The translations under genes and the position numbers were made by a program. A stretch of DNA of 64,000 bases, from NCBI GenBank assembly GCA_964450605.1, contig CAYVEK010000002.1:14384-78383 (forward strand), in the 5' to 3' direction. A model generated the notes under the pieces. The model was not told the origin of the DNA. It worked only from the letters and a program-made list of their open reading frames with translations, and searched no databases. How positions within the stretch are numbered: position 1 is the stretch's first letter; every line of letters starts with the position of its first letter. Of this stretch, positions 18,839 to 28,865 are shown piece by piece. Source of the DNA: an uncultured Candidatus Saccharibacteria bacterium. Lineage in GTDB: Bacteria > Patescibacteriota > Minisyncoccia > Phycocordibacterales > CAIZLB01.

Positions 18839-20209
18839 CTAGGCTATGTCTGAAACTTTTACAGTTTTATGTGTTGCTGTGCCATTTAGATTTTCACATA
18901 CAACAACAGTGTCAGAAGCATCTAAACCTGAAGCTTGTGCAACAGCCTTTAGATTAAGTTCTCCGACATGCACAGGGCGTAGTGCAAATCCCATCATCAT
19001 ATCTCGGAAATCTTCCAGTGAAGATGTACCTGCAACTACTGGACACACTGGATGAAAAGATCCTAGAGCTTTATTCCAAGCAACATTTGTAAATGCTGTA
19101 ACAATAGCTTTTGCTCCGGCAGTTTTTGCAGTCGCAACAACCTCTTTTGCAAATGTATGCGCGTCATCTGTAGATTCTGGAAGAACTGCAAAGTGATGTA
19201 ACTCATCTCTCATTTTTTCTGTATATCGAGTTACTCTATTTAGAACAGTTGTAGCTTCAACAGGATAACTACCATATGCAGTTTCGTCACTCATAGATAT
19301 AGCTGTAGTTCCATCAAGAACAGCGTTTCCGATGTCACACACTTCAGCTCGTGTTGGACTTGAGTTTGTAACCATACTTTTTAGAACCTGAGTAGCAACG
19401 ATACAGTACTTACTCTTTCGAACAGCTGCCGCAACCATCTTCTTCTGCATATATGGAAGCTCTTCCATAGGAACCTCAGCCATAAGATCTCCTCGAGCAA
19501 CCATGATACCGTCAGAATTTTCTAGAATTGATTCGATATTATCAAAGCCTTCTCGGTTTTCGATTTTTGAAAGAATTTTTCCTTTGTATTCTGGATGTTC
19601 TGCAAAGATAGCCTTTATATCATTTAGATCCTGTACATTTCGTACAAATGAATGAATCACAAAGTCTACATTATTTTTTGCAGCGAAATGAATATAACCA
19701 ACATCTTTTGGTGTAAGAGATGGAAGTTTTAGATATACGTTTGGAACGTTAATACTTTTTTTGTTTTTAAATGTTCCTGGATTTTGAATTTCACATTTTA
19801 TACCTCGGTCAAACTTTTCCACCACAATAGTACTGATAGATGTATCATCATATGTGATAAGTTCACCTACTGGTATTTCATTATGAAAGTTTGGATAATC
19901 TACGTGTACAACATTCTCACCTGAAAACTCTAAATCTCCTGTGAATGTAATAATGTCACCTTTTTTAACTTCTAGAGGTGTTTCAACGTTTTTTGTTCGA
20001 ACCTCAGGTCCTTTTGTATCGATCAAGATGGAAATCTTGTCAGAAACCTGTCGGATATTATTAATAACCTGCATAGAAGTTTCTTCTGTCTGATGTGCAG
20101 TGTTTAACCACATAACATCAACTCCTGCATTGAATAATTTTGTAAGGTACTCCACCTCGCAATTGTTATCTGCGATTCGGGCAACTATTTTTGTCTTTCG
20201 TTCATTCAT
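18839..20209 (-). CDS. pyk: Pyruvate kinase (divergent)
   Basis: RKTKIV, DTKGPEVRT, SKIEN, DGIMVARGDL, PTRAEV.D; start at ATG 20209. Confidence 0.92.
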   Translation of the reverse strand: MNERKTKIVARIADNNCEVEYLTKLFNAGVDVMWLNTAHQTEETSMQVINNIRQVSDKISILIDTKGPEVRTKNVETPLEVKKGDIITFTGDLEFSGENVVHVDYPNFHNEIPVGELITYDDTSISTIVVEKFDRGIKCEIQNPGTFKNKKSINVPNVYLKLPSLTPKDVGYIHFAAKNNVDFVIHSFVRNVQDLNDIKAIFAEHPEYKGKILSKIENREGFDNIESILENSDGIMVARGDLMAEVPMEELPYMQKKMVAAAVRKSKYCIVATQVLKSMVTNSSPTRAEVCDIGNAVLDGTTAISMSDETAYGSYPVEATTVLNRVTRYTEKMRDELHHFAVLPESTDDAHTFAKEVVATAKTAGAKAIVTAFTNVAWNKALGSFHPVCPVVAGTSSLEDFRDMMMGFALRPVHVGELNLKAVAQASGLDASDTVVVCENLNGTATHKTVKVSDIA

Positions 20210-20285
20210 ATAAAATATATTATTTGTTAAATACGTGTTTTGATAACACAACGGACGTTATACTACTACACTTTTCCGAAAAATG

Positions 20286-22073
20286 TTATCTATCCGGCGG
20301 TATCTCATAATATTGAATCAAAAAGTCACTTAAGTCAAGAAAACTGTTTGCCAGTGACTCTGAGGCATATTGTGAGGTTTTTGGATATATGGTGTACATA
20401 AACACTATGACTTTTGGCTTATAGGCTGGGAAAAAACCTATAAATGTATGTATATTCCTGTCGTCATAGTATCCCCCATTTGGTGAAGCTATCTGAGCAG
20501 TTCCTGTTTTTGCCCCAATAGAATAATGAGGGTTTTTACGTTTACCATCAAGTAGTGAGTGATCAACGTTGTATACGAGCATTCGACGAACCTCATCGAC
20601 CGTATCTGGTTTGAGTAATCTGTTTTTATCTGAAAACTCAACAATCTCAAACTCCTTCTCGGTTCCAATAGAGTATTTTATCTTCTTAGTTACATGAGGT
20701 TTAACCAGATATCCACCATTTGCTATGATTGCCAAACTTCGAATCGTACCAACCGGAGTCATAGCAATACCCTGCCCAAAAGATGCAGTGGCATGCTCTA
20801 CATCACCCTTTTTAAGGTTTTGAGTAAGTGGTGCTGATTCATCAGGTAGGTCTATTAGAGTTTTTTCACCAAGTCCAAATTTATAAAAATAATCTGTCAG
20901 AGTATCGTTACCAACAAGTTTTGCAATGTACACAAATCCAGTGTTTAGAGATTTTGAAAGAGCTGTTTGCATTGATATGTCTCCTCTACCCTTGTGATCA
21001 AAGTTGTATATGGTTCTGTCTCTTACTTTTACAAAACCTTCATCTCGATAGATCGAATCAGCATGAACTTTTCCGGTATCTATTCCAACAGCCATAGTTA
21101 ATGGTTTGATAATAGATCCCATTTCATGAGATGCAGAAACCATATCATTGTTATATACAGATATATCTTTTACTTTTTTTGTCTGACCTGGATCAAAAGA
21201 TGGTGTTTGAGCCATTGCCAATATCTCACCTGTGTATGGATCCATGATGATAGCTCCTGTCAAAGTAGACATTTCTTTACTTTGTATACGAGCAATAGTT
21301 TTTTGTAGTTCTTTTTGAACAACTGGCTCTATGGTTGTATAGATATCTCCCTCAAATTTTTCTTTATCTGAAACTATTTTTTTTGCACCAGAAAACAGAT
21401 CAGCAAAAAAGTTTGTATAGGCTGATTGTTTTCGTACCAGATTGTCTTGATACAATTTTTCCAAACCATATCGACCAGCAAGGGTATTTTCTTTATATCC
21501 AAGTATACCTATAACATGTGAGGCCAAATCTCCTCCTGGATAATATCTCTTCTTTTCTTTTACAAATCCTAAAAAGTTAAGATTGAGAGCTTTAAATTTC
21601 TCTACATCTTCCTCTTCTACATTTTTAAATAACTCCTCGTATGTATCATTTTGTTTTTGAATAATACTTGCAACTTCAACCCCTGGAACTACTTCTGAAC
21701 TTGTTGCAAGACTCAATATAGACGATAGTTTCTTTTGTAGCGTCTCAAGCGCCAGATTTTGATCTTGTATAGGACCAGTATCACCGTTGTACTTACCAGC
21801 CTTAACTTGAGTAAAAAAAGATTTTGGATTTATGTAGACAGTGTAAACTGACTTCATGGTTGCAGCGGGCACAGCATCACCGTCTTTGGTTGTAAAGTAA
21901 ATAGCCCCCCTATCATCAGGCGCATTGCTTTTCTTGATATATTGTCGATCGGCGATATCTCGATACACTTGATGTTTTACAACTTGTACGATATATAACT
22001 TAGCGATCAAAAATAAACCAAGACAAACAAACAAAAGAGAAATAATTCGTGCTCGAGTACTGTATGTCTGCAT
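20286..22073 (-). CDS. ftsI: Class B penicillin-binding protein (FtsI/PBP2-type)
   Basis: N-terminal TM, RGAIY, SIIK (SxxK), SLN (SxN), KTGTAQ; position after mraZ-rsmH. Confidence 0.85.
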   Translation of the reverse strand: MQTYSTRARIISLLFVCLGLFLIAKLYIVQVVKHQVYRDIADRQYIKKSNAPDDRGAIYFTTKDGDAVPAATMKSVYTVYINPKSFFTQVKAGKYNGDTGPIQDQNLALETLQKKLSSILSLATSSEVVPGVEVASIIQKQNDTYEELFKNVEEEDVEKFKALNLNFLGFVKEKKRYYPGGDLASHVIGILGYKENTLAGRYGLEKLYQDNLVRKQSAYTNFFADLFSGAKKIVSDKEKFEGDIYTTIEPVVQKELQKTIARIQSKEMSTLTGAIIMDPYTGEILAMAQTPSFDPGQTKKVKDISVYNNDMVSASHEMGSIIKPLTMAVGIDTGKVHADSIYRDEGFVKVRDRTIYNFDHKGRGDISMQTALSKSLNTGFVYIAKLVGNDTLTDYFYKFGLGEKTLIDLPDESAPLTQNLKKGDVEHATASFGQGIAMTPVGTIRSLAIIANGGYLVKPHVTKKIKYSIGTEKEFEIVEFSDKNRLLKPDTVDEVRRMLVYNVDHSLLDGKRKNPHYSIGAKTGTAQIASPNGGYYDDRNIHTFIGFFPAYKPKVIVFMYTIYPKTSQYASESLANSFLDLSDFLIQYYEIPPDR

Positions 22074-22092
22074 ACGATATAACTATATCACA

Positions 22093-22407
22093 TTAGCGCA
22101 TTGCCAAAGCTGTTTCTTCACCTGTCTCAACATACGCAATCTGATCAGCTGGGACTGACACATATCCTACTGATTGCGCATATGAAAGATTGATATCTGA
22201 GACAGATTCTATATATGAATGTTCTTTTTCGCTTACTGCAACTTGAGCTTTTTGTAGAGATGTTTTGGTTGATTCTATATTTGAAGCAACAAGAACTGTG
22301 TTATATACAAAGAAAATATAAGAACCTACACCAAGTAAAACCATTGCAAGAAGAGCTACATTCGCTTTAGCTATTCGTACAGTATTTTTCTTTGATATTT
22401 TTTTCAT
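22093..22407 (-). CDS. FtsL-like single-pass membrane protein
   Basis: Basic N-terminus, one TM, coiled-coil-like segment; occupies the ftsL position between rsmH and ftsI. Confidence 0.6.
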   Translation of the reverse strand: MKKISKKNTVRIAKANVALLAMVLLGVGSYIFFVYNTVLVASNIESTKTSLQKAQVAVSEKEHSYIESVSDINLSYAQSVGYVSVPADQIAYVETGEETALAMR

Positions 22408-22432
22408 AAATGTATAATGTGTTATTTGATAA

Positions 22433-23413
22433 TTATTTCTTTTCAAAAACTCTAAACTTTGCGCTTCTAGATCTTGGGTTTTTAGATATCTCTTCTTCAG
22501 TTGGAACTAAAACTTTTTTAGTAATCCGTTTACCTGTAGAGTCATCTTCCCATTGTTTAAACTTGCGCTTAGTCACCATGTCTTCAAGACTGTGGTAACT
22601 TATCACTCCGATACGCCCTCCTGGTTCAAGGAGTTCCAACACGTCATCCAAAACCTTATCTAAGATCTCAATCTCTTTATTTACGGCTATTCGAAGAGCT
22701 TGAAATGTCTTTGTTGCTGGATGAATACCTGTTTTTTTGTTTACTCCAAGAACTTCAACTATCAGATCCGCAAGCTGTTTTGAACTCTTGATCGGACCAT
22801 GAGTTGTTCTTTTGCTCTCTATAGCTTGTGCTATTTTCCAAGCTCTTGATTCATCGGCATAATTTTTCAAGATCAGAGATATTGTTTCTACTGACCAGTG
22901 ATTAACTATGTCATAAGCTGTAAACTCTTCAGCTGATGTTCCAAGTACAGGATCTGAGTTGAACCTCATATCGAGATCCTCATCATATTTGAATGAAAAA
23001 CCTCTTCCTGAAGGACTCAACTGATACGTACTTAGACCTAGATCAAAGAGAACACTTGTAAACCTTATATCTGCATCAACCAATTGTTTAATATGCTCAA
23101 AGTTTCCTTTGTGAATATGTATATGGTCAATATCGATATTTTTGTTTTTATCCAAGAAAGACAGACCTCTATCAATCGCATGTTGATCTGCATCAACTGC
23201 ATGTATCTCCATCTTGTAACCCGAAGCTTTTGCTGTTTCGGCAAAATACTCAGTATGCCCAGCATCTCCGAAATTACAATCAAGATGACAAAGTTTTTTT
23301 CCTGGATATTGTTTTGCAACTTCTTGAACCAGGTATGTATATGTTTCGTGTAAAAGAACTGGGATGTGTCGAGGATGAATCTGTATATCTAAATGTGTTT
23401 CTGTATTTTTCAT
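22433..23413 (-). CDS. rsmH: 16S rRNA (cytosine1402-N4)-methyltransferase
   Basis: HIPVLLHE, DLGLS..Q, RGFSF, LDMR, HPATKTFQALRIAVN, SYHSLED, NPRSRSAK. Confidence 0.96.
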   Translation of the reverse strand: MKNTETHLDIQIHPRHIPVLLHETYTYLVQEVAKQYPGKKLCHLDCNFGDAGHTEYFAETAKASGYKMEIHAVDADQHAIDRGLSFLDKNKNIDIDHIHIHKGNFEHIKQLVDADIRFTSVLFDLGLSTYQLSPSGRGFSFKYDEDLDMRFNSDPVLGTSAEEFTAYDIVNHWSVETISLILKNYADESRAWKIAQAIESKRTTHGPIKSSKQLADLIVEVLGVNKKTGIHPATKTFQALRIAVNKEIEILDKVLDDVLELLEPGGRIGVISYHSLEDMVTKRKFKQWEDDSTGKRITKKVLVPTEEEISKNPRSRSAKFRVFEKK

Positions 23414-23425
23414 AACGATTGATTG

Positions 23426-23881
23426 CTATATCGCACCAGTTTCTCCCAGTTTGGCAGCCAATTGGTCAACCTTTTTGAGAACTTGAGCTTTATAGTCTTT
23501 CCATTTTGTTTCTTCCCAGATTTCAATACGATTGTGAATACCTGCAAAGACTAATTTTTGAGAACCTTTTTTGTCAGCTGATGAAAGTCCTGTGTATTCT
23601 CTTAGAAAATCTGGAATAAGAATACGACCGGCACTATCCACCTCAACTTCAACAGCACCACCAAACATAAATCTATTGAACGCTCGAGAATCTGGATTTC
23701 CTAAAGACAGATCCCCAAATGTCGCGGCTTTTTTATTCCACTCAGATAATGTAAACATAAACAAACAGTTGTCGAAGCCGTATGTTACTATCACTTTCTT
23801 TCCAAGCTCCTTTCGAAACTTTGAAGGAAGTGATAGTCGTTTTTTTTCATCTAATGTGTGTGTAAATTCGCCAATAAACAT
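23426..23881 (-). CDS. mraZ: Transcriptional repressor MraZ
   Basis: MFIGEFTHTLDEKKRLSLPSKFR, DSAGRILIP, RIEIW; start at ATG 23881. Confidence 0.96.
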   Translation of the reverse strand: MFIGEFTHTLDEKKRLSLPSKFRKELGKKVIVTYGFDNCLFMFTLSEWNKKAATFGDLSLGNPDSRAFNRFMFGGAVEVEVDSAGRILIPDFLREYTGLSSADKKGSQKLVFAGIHNRIEIWEETKWKDYKAQVLKKVDQLAAKLGETGAI

Positions 23882-23900
23882 ATGCTTTTTTGTGGTTTTA

Positions 23901-23967
23901 CCACTTTGTCCCACTTGATACCATTTTATACCACTTTGAGACATTTGGAAACACTTCTACCCCACTT
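23901..23967 (-). promoter_or_regulatory. MraZ operator: 10-bp-period direct repeats
   Basis: Minus-strand AAGTGG-like boxes at plus positions 23901, 23911, 23921, 23931, (23941), 23951 and 23962, resembling known GTGG(G)/AAAGTGG MraZ boxes. Confidence 0.85.
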
Positions 23968-24045
23968 TTTATTGTGGATAGTGTATTAAAAAACACCGAC
24001 AGGTTTTTGTCGATGGTTTTTACTACAAAAGCTTTATTTATTAGA

Positions 24046-24750
24046 CTATTTTCGATTATTAACTGCTTTGTCTTTGGAGTTTGGTCCACCTAAAGATTTA
24101 TTGGTTGTATCCTGGCCATTTTCAAAAGTTTTAAGCGTCTTAATCAAAGCCCCTTCAGGCCCTTCGTTTTCAAGCTCACGATCTGCCTTCCAATTACAAG
24201 CTTTAGATCCATCATACTTTGCAAGATCAGCTTTTTTAACATAACCAATTATTTTATGAACACTACTTACTCTCTCTACTGTTTTATATTCTGGACCTTT
24301 ATACTGATCTATAACCTGCATTTCATACAGAGGATAGCAAAACTTTTCTCCCTCTTTACAAAAATCAACATTTTGCAGTTCAGGTTTTGTAGGATATCTC
24401 ACCTTGTTAATATCATCCATTCTCTTTTTATCAGGATTTATTTTTGCAAGATAGGTTTGATACGTACAAAACATACCTTGTTTTGCTCCTTTTTTTGCAG
24501 CCTCATCTCCAACATAATCGCAGGCTGTTTTTTTAATACAGTTTCCTATAAAACCCATATCTTCCATGTATGATTGTCTGTCCATCTCCATTTCTTTTTC
24601 TATATCAGCAGGTGTTTTTACTGTCACTTCAGGTCGAGCAACAGCAGCCGCCATGAGTTCATCTGCATTAATATTTGTCTTTTTTAAACTTAAATGTATT
24701 GTTGTTGCAACAGCAGTTACAAGTACTGCTGCGAGTATATATTTTTTCAT
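24046..24750 (-). CDS. Hypothetical secreted or anchored protein with several Cys
   Basis: MKKYILAAVLVTAVA signal-like N-terminus; no family recognised. Confidence 0.7.
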   Translation of the reverse strand: MKKYILAAVLVTAVATTIHLSLKKTNINADELMAAAVARPEVTVKTPADIEKEMEMDRQSYMEDMGFIGNCIKKTACDYVGDEAAKKGAKQGMFCTYQTYLAKINPDKKRMDDINKVRYPTKPELQNVDFCKEGEKFCYPLYEMQVIDQYKGPEYKTVERVSSVHKIIGYVKKADLAKYDGSKACNWKADRELENEGPEGALIKTLKTFENGQDTTNKSLGGPNSKDKAVNNRK

Positions 24751-24794
24751 ACACTAATTATCACACCCAAATACAATCAGTGCAAGGCAAGACT

Positions 24795-25451
24795 CTACCC
24801 AAACACCACCATATACTCCAACACATATTTTATAAGTACACTCTGCTGTTGCAAAAGCACTATAACCTCAGATAAGACCGCTCGTGATTCTGGTTCTGTT
24901 GCTTGCGCATACATACGAGAAACCCAAGATACTATATCTTGTTTTGTAATCTTTTCATCATCATATGCTTTGATGATAGGTTTAATCATATCAAGTCTCT
25001 TCGCTCGAACCTGCTCAGCTTGAAGTTTTTTGTATGTAAAAAATACTGGATTGAGTTCTTTGACTTCCCCTTCAGCTTTTATAGCAACCACTCGGGATAT
25101 AACTGTTGCCAGCAGAGTTGTCTGATCTGAGACATATAGACAAATACAAGTATCAAGCGCTATATCTTCTAGTGTTTTTAGAAATGCATTTTGTGCCGGT
25201 AGAGACATTTGATCAAAAACCAAAAATACAACCTTAACCTCAGATGAAGCCTTTCGCTGTATCTGTTCTATCGCATAGTGAACATCTTCTATACCCATCG
25301 ATTCACCTGAAAGACAAATAGTGTCTGAATAATTAAAAAAATTATTACTTTGAAGTAAAGCAACTCTGTCTAAAAAAGGCAGTGCTGAATGCACAAGCAA
25401 AACTTCACCCCCTGCTATTCGTTGTTTAAATGTAGTATCAGTGTATATCAT
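24795..25451 (-). CDS. Degenerate DNA polymerase III delta'-like protein
   Basis: GIEDV, MSLPAQNAFLKTLED and LLATVISR resemble HolB motifs; no Walker A or zinc module seen. Confidence 0.7.
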   Translation of the reverse strand: MIYTDTTFKQRIAGGEVLLVHSALPFLDRVALLQSNNFFNYSDTICLSGESMGIEDVHYAIEQIQRKASSEVKVVFLVFDQMSLPAQNAFLKTLEDIALDTCICLYVSDQTTLLATVISRVVAIKAEGEVKELNPVFFTYKKLQAEQVRAKRLDMIKPIIKAYDDEKITKQDIVSWVSRMYAQATEPESRAVLSEVIVLLQQQSVLIKYVLEYMVVFG

Positions 25452-25459
25452 GGATATGA

Positions 25460-26473
25460 TTAACGTTTACTAATAATAGCCTTCTTGTACGCGTCGAGAT
25501 GGTCGAGCGCGATACCTGTACCTTTTACAACACAGTATAGTGCGTCTTCAGCTGTATGAGCCTTTACACCAGTTCGACGAAATACAAGTTCTGGAAGATT
25601 TCGCAATAGAGATGAACCCCCTGTCATAGTTATACCTTGATCAATGATATCAGAGGCAAGTTCTGGCGGAGTCTCTTGCAATACATCTTTGATCGCTTTG
25701 ATCATATCTCGAAGTTCTTTTGATATAGCTTTTACGATCTCATTTGTACGAAGCTCTATAGAACGAGGAAGTCCTGTGACATAATCACGACCTTTGACCA
25801 TAACAGCAAGCTCTTCTTCTACAGGAACGGCAGAGCCTATCTTTATCTTTATATCTTCAGCTGTTTTTTCACCGATAGCGAGGTTATATGTTTTCTTAAT
25901 ATAATCAACAATCGCTATATCAAGACGATTTCCAGCACACTTAACTGAAGTACATACAACAATACCTCCGAGAGATATAACGGCAACATCGGTCGTTCCA
26001 CCACCGATGTCTACTATCATATTTCCGCACGGATCTTGTATAGATATACCCGCACCTATAGCGGCCAGGATAGGCTCTTTGACAACATATGCTTCTTTTG
26101 CCCCAGCTTTTATAGCAGCCTCTATAACCGCTCGTCTTTCAGTCGAAGTTACTCCAGCAGGTACAGATATCATCACCTCTGGACTTATAAGATTCCATTT
26201 TCCAAGAGCTTTATGTATAAAATACCGCAACATTGCTTCGGTCACACGATAATCAGCAATCACCCCATCTCTCATAGGTCTATAGGCAATGATTGAATCT
26301 GGAGTTTTTCCAATCATCTCTTTAGCGTCGAGTCCTACTGCCAAGATCTGATTATCATCTTCAGAAACAGCAACAACAGAAGGCTCATTTAAAACAATCC
26401 CTCTTCCGGGCATGAATACCAAGGTGTTGGCAGTACCCAAGTCTATACCGAGTTTTTTGGAAAAAATGGCCAT
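25460..26473 (-). CDS. mreB: Rod shape-determining protein MreB
   Basis: GIDLGTANT, RPMRDGVIAD, DIGGGTTD, TPPELASDI, TGGSSLL. Confidence 0.97.
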   Translation of the reverse strand: MAIFSKKLGIDLGTANTLVFMPGRGIVLNEPSVVAVSEDDNQILAVGLDAKEMIGKTPDSIIAYRPMRDGVIADYRVTEAMLRYFIHKALGKWNLISPEVMISVPAGVTSTERRAVIEAAIKAGAKEAYVVKEPILAAIGAGISIQDPCGNMIVDIGGGTTDVAVISLGGIVVCTSVKCAGNRLDIAIVDYIKKTYNLAIGEKTAEDIKIKIGSAVPVEEELAVMVKGRDYVTGLPRSIELRTNEIVKAISKELRDMIKAIKDVLQETPPELASDIIDQGITMTGGSSLLRNLPELVFRRTGVKAHTAEDALYCVVKGTGIALDHLDAYKKAIISKR

Positions 26474-26551
26474 GTGTAGCTACTATACACCATAGATTGG
26501 ACCTAAAACCAGTATCGAAAAATATAAAAATATGTTGTATAATGTTAGTAT

Positions 26552-26866
26552 ATGAAAAATTTTATACAAGAATTCAAAGCTTTTGCCATGAAAGGAAATG
26601 TTCTAGACCTTGCTGTTGCAGTGGTTCTTGGAGCAGCTTTTGGCAAGATAGTAACCTCAGCGGTTGAAGATATCATCACACCACTTATTGGAATGATTGG
26701 ACAATTTGATTTTGGAACACTTATGTGGGGTCAAATGAAGATCGGATTATTCTTAAATAATGTCGTGAACTTTATCATCGTTGCCTTTTCTATCTTTGTA
26801 GCCGTAAAAGCATTGAACAAACTTACAAAACGAGATGCTGGATCAACTGGATCTGCGAATCAATAA
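26552..26866 (+). CDS. mscL: Large-conductance mechanosensitive channel
   Basis: [41 protein letters not shown]. Confidence 0.96.
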   Translation: MKNFIQEFKAFAMKGNVLDLAVAVVLGAAFGKIVTSAVEDIITPLIGMIGQFDFGTLMWGQMKIGLFLNNVVNFIIVAFSIFVAVKALNKLTKRDAGSTGSANQ

Positions 26867-28210
26867 ATTATTTCGGGCTGAGATATAAAATATAAAACCA
26901 CTCACCCAAGAACTTATCAAAAATGCTATCGCAAGCACTTCTGTGGTAAACACAGGAGTGTTTTGCCATTGTATGTAGAGACTAAATGATAAACCTATAG
27001 TTAATGCTGTTCCGAAAATATTTAGTACTGCTGGTTTTTTTGTATTACCTACCGCATAAAAACCTCTCGTCACAAACATCTTTACACACTGTGGCACTAG
27101 TGCGAGTGTAAATATTCCGAACGTATTTATAATAAGTTTAAGTGAAAGTGCATCAAATGATGAACTGCCGAGAAGTACATGTACCACCAAATCTCTCAAC
27201 AGAAACAGTCCTGCAGTTCCAGCAATAGACCAAAACAATATAGTTCGCATGGTTGTGTTAAACACTCTCCTAAACTCGACATATTCACCTTCAGCATGTG
27301 TACGACTCAGTGTTGGAAATGATGCAATAACTAAACTAACACCGATAAGAGTTACAGGAACTCCTTGTATGTTATTTGCCAAGTTGAACAAAGACGCACT
27401 TCCCTCTGACATGTGCGATGTTAGACTGTTCAAATATAAAAATTCTATCTGAACTAGAGAGAGTATAATCGCTCGTGGTATAGACTGTGTAATAACTTCT
27501 TTCACTAAACGTAATTCATGTTTAGTGATCTTTTTAAATGCAGGTAGAAAGTTTTCTTTATGGATAAACGGCAACTGTATCAAGCCGTGCAATATACTTC
27601 CAAACACAACTGCAGATATAACTCCTGCCATGCCGAACTTTGGGTACAAAAATATCAAACCAAGAACTGTTGTGGCGTTATATATAAATGGAGAGCATGC
27701 ATATAGTAGAAACCGTTCTTTAAGCTGGGTATATGACCCGAGAAGATTTGAGAGACCTAAGAAAAATGGCTGTAACAGCAATATACGTGAGTACAAGACT
27801 ATCTTTGATACAACTTCAGGGTCAGTTATACCTGGAGCCACTATATGCATAAGTTGTGGCATGAGTGCACAAACTATAAGTATCAGTATAGAAGCACCTA
27901 CACAAAATACAGTAAATAAAATACTATAGACATGCCTCATTTCTCCGGATTCTGTATTTTTATGCTTACTCAAAAGTGGAATAAGAACAGTAAGAGATAC
28001 GAGAGCTGAGAATACGGCAAACAATATATCAGGAATCTTAAAGGCAAAATAATACGTATCAAGCTCAACACCGACACCTACCTGTGATGCAAACAGTCGA
28101 TCTCGGACCAAAGACAGTAGTTGTGCGCCAAATGTAAATATCGCCAATATGATAGCGCCTTGTGAAATTGACTTTGACCGATGGTGAAGAAGTTTATGAA
28201 TACGCTTCAT
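26843..28210 (-). CDS. murJ: Lipid II flippase MurJ/MviN
   Basis: [30 protein letters not shown]; multi-TM. Confidence 0.88.
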   Translation of the reverse strand: MKRIHKLLHHRSKSISQGAIILAIFTFGAQLLSLVRDRLFASQVGVGVELDTYYFAFKIPDILFAVFSALVSLTVLIPLLSKHKNTESGEMRHVYSILFTVFCVGASILILIVCALMPQLMHIVAPGITDPEVVSKIVLYSRILLLQPFFLGLSNLLGSYTQLKERFLLYACSPFIYNATTVLGLIFLYPKFGMAGVISAVVFGSILHGLIQLPFIHKENFLPAFKKITKHELRLVKEVITQSIPRAIILSLVQIEFLYLNSLTSHMSEGSASLFNLANNIQGVPVTLIGVSLVIASFPTLSRTHAEGEYVEFRRVFNTTMRTILFWSIAGTAGLFLLRDLVVHVLLGSSSFDALSLKLIINTFGIFTLALVPQCVKMFVTRGFYAVGNTKKPAVLNIFGTALTIGLSFSLYIQWQNTPVFTTEVLAIAFLISSWVSGFIFYISARNNLLIRRSS

Positions 28211-28239
28211 TTGACATTTATTATATCTTTTTGTATAAA
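28211..28239 (+). promoter_or_regulatory. rnpB promoter, overlapping the divergent murJ -10 box
   Basis: TTGACA (28211)-17 nt-TATAAA (28234); on the minus strand TATAAT lies 9 nt before the murJ ATG. Confidence 0.75.
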
Positions 28240-28245
28240 TAATCA

Positions 28246-28620
28246 GCCTTTGTATACAGACAATCGCCGTGTATGTGGAACTGTTATATACAGAATATCA
28301 CATATATAGAGGAAAGTCCGAACACTCCCACGAAAGTGGAGGCTTGTAGCAGGTAATACCTGCCTGTGGTGACACAGAGGTGCGAACAGTGACGGATAGA
28401 AGCGAAAGCGTCTATCACCCTGCCCCGAGGGTAATCCAAGCGTGCGAATGCCAGGTGCTTGGAGTGAAACGGCTAAATCCTTACATGAGTGCAAGATCGT
28501 GTGCGTAGTCGAAAGACATGCGTAAGAATCGCTAGAGGTATAAGGCGACTTATATCCGAGACAAATGATTGTCGTATCGAGCAATCGATATACAGAATTC
28601 GGCTTATAGTATACAGAGGT
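28246..28620 (+). ncRNA. rnpB: Ribonuclease P RNA
   Basis: Universal GAGGAAAGTCCG and ACAGAATTCGGCTTAT elements, GTGAAACGG and AATCGCTAGAG...AGACAAATGAT segments, and P1 pairing of GCCTTTGTATAC with GTATACAGAGGT. Confidence 0.96.
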
Positions 28621-28622
28621 TA

Positions 28623-28663
28623 ATAAAAATACCAAACTAAATTAAAAAGTTTGGTATTTTTAT
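28623..28663 (+). terminator. Terminator after rnpB
   Basis: 16-bp inverted repeat ATAAAAATACCAAACT...AGTTTGGTATTTTTAT. Confidence 0.8.
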
Positions 28664-28703
28664 ATTGTTATTGTATCTGCGCTCGATCTTTGCTATAGTC
28701 ACA

Positions 28704-28851
28704 CTGTGTTCGGGAGGTTTAAAACAATCGACAACATAAATCTCCTGAACACAGCCACTTCGAGTGAAGATGGCAAAACCTGGATGCAGGAAACGTGTTG
28801 TTGGTCTGGTCGGTACCATCCACAACAAATTCCTGCATCCGGGATTTTTTT
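28704..28851 (+). ncRNA. Unassigned ~150-nt structured RNA candidate
   Basis: Own promoter TTGTAT(28671)-17-TATAGT(28694) with extended TG; 18-bp stem 28704-28754, small hairpin 28755-28773, long hairpin 28779-28843, then a T run. Confidence 0.6.
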
Positions 28852-28865
28852 GTTATACTTAAACC

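Noticed and set aside
28243-28635. 130-aa minus-strand ORF
   Set aside because: Antisense shadow of RNase P RNA.
28704-28851. Identification as SRP RNA, 6S RNA or tmRNA
   Set aside because: No SRP helix-8 GNRA/CAGG-AGCA motif, no tRNA-like ends, and not a single rod with a central bubble; left unassigned.
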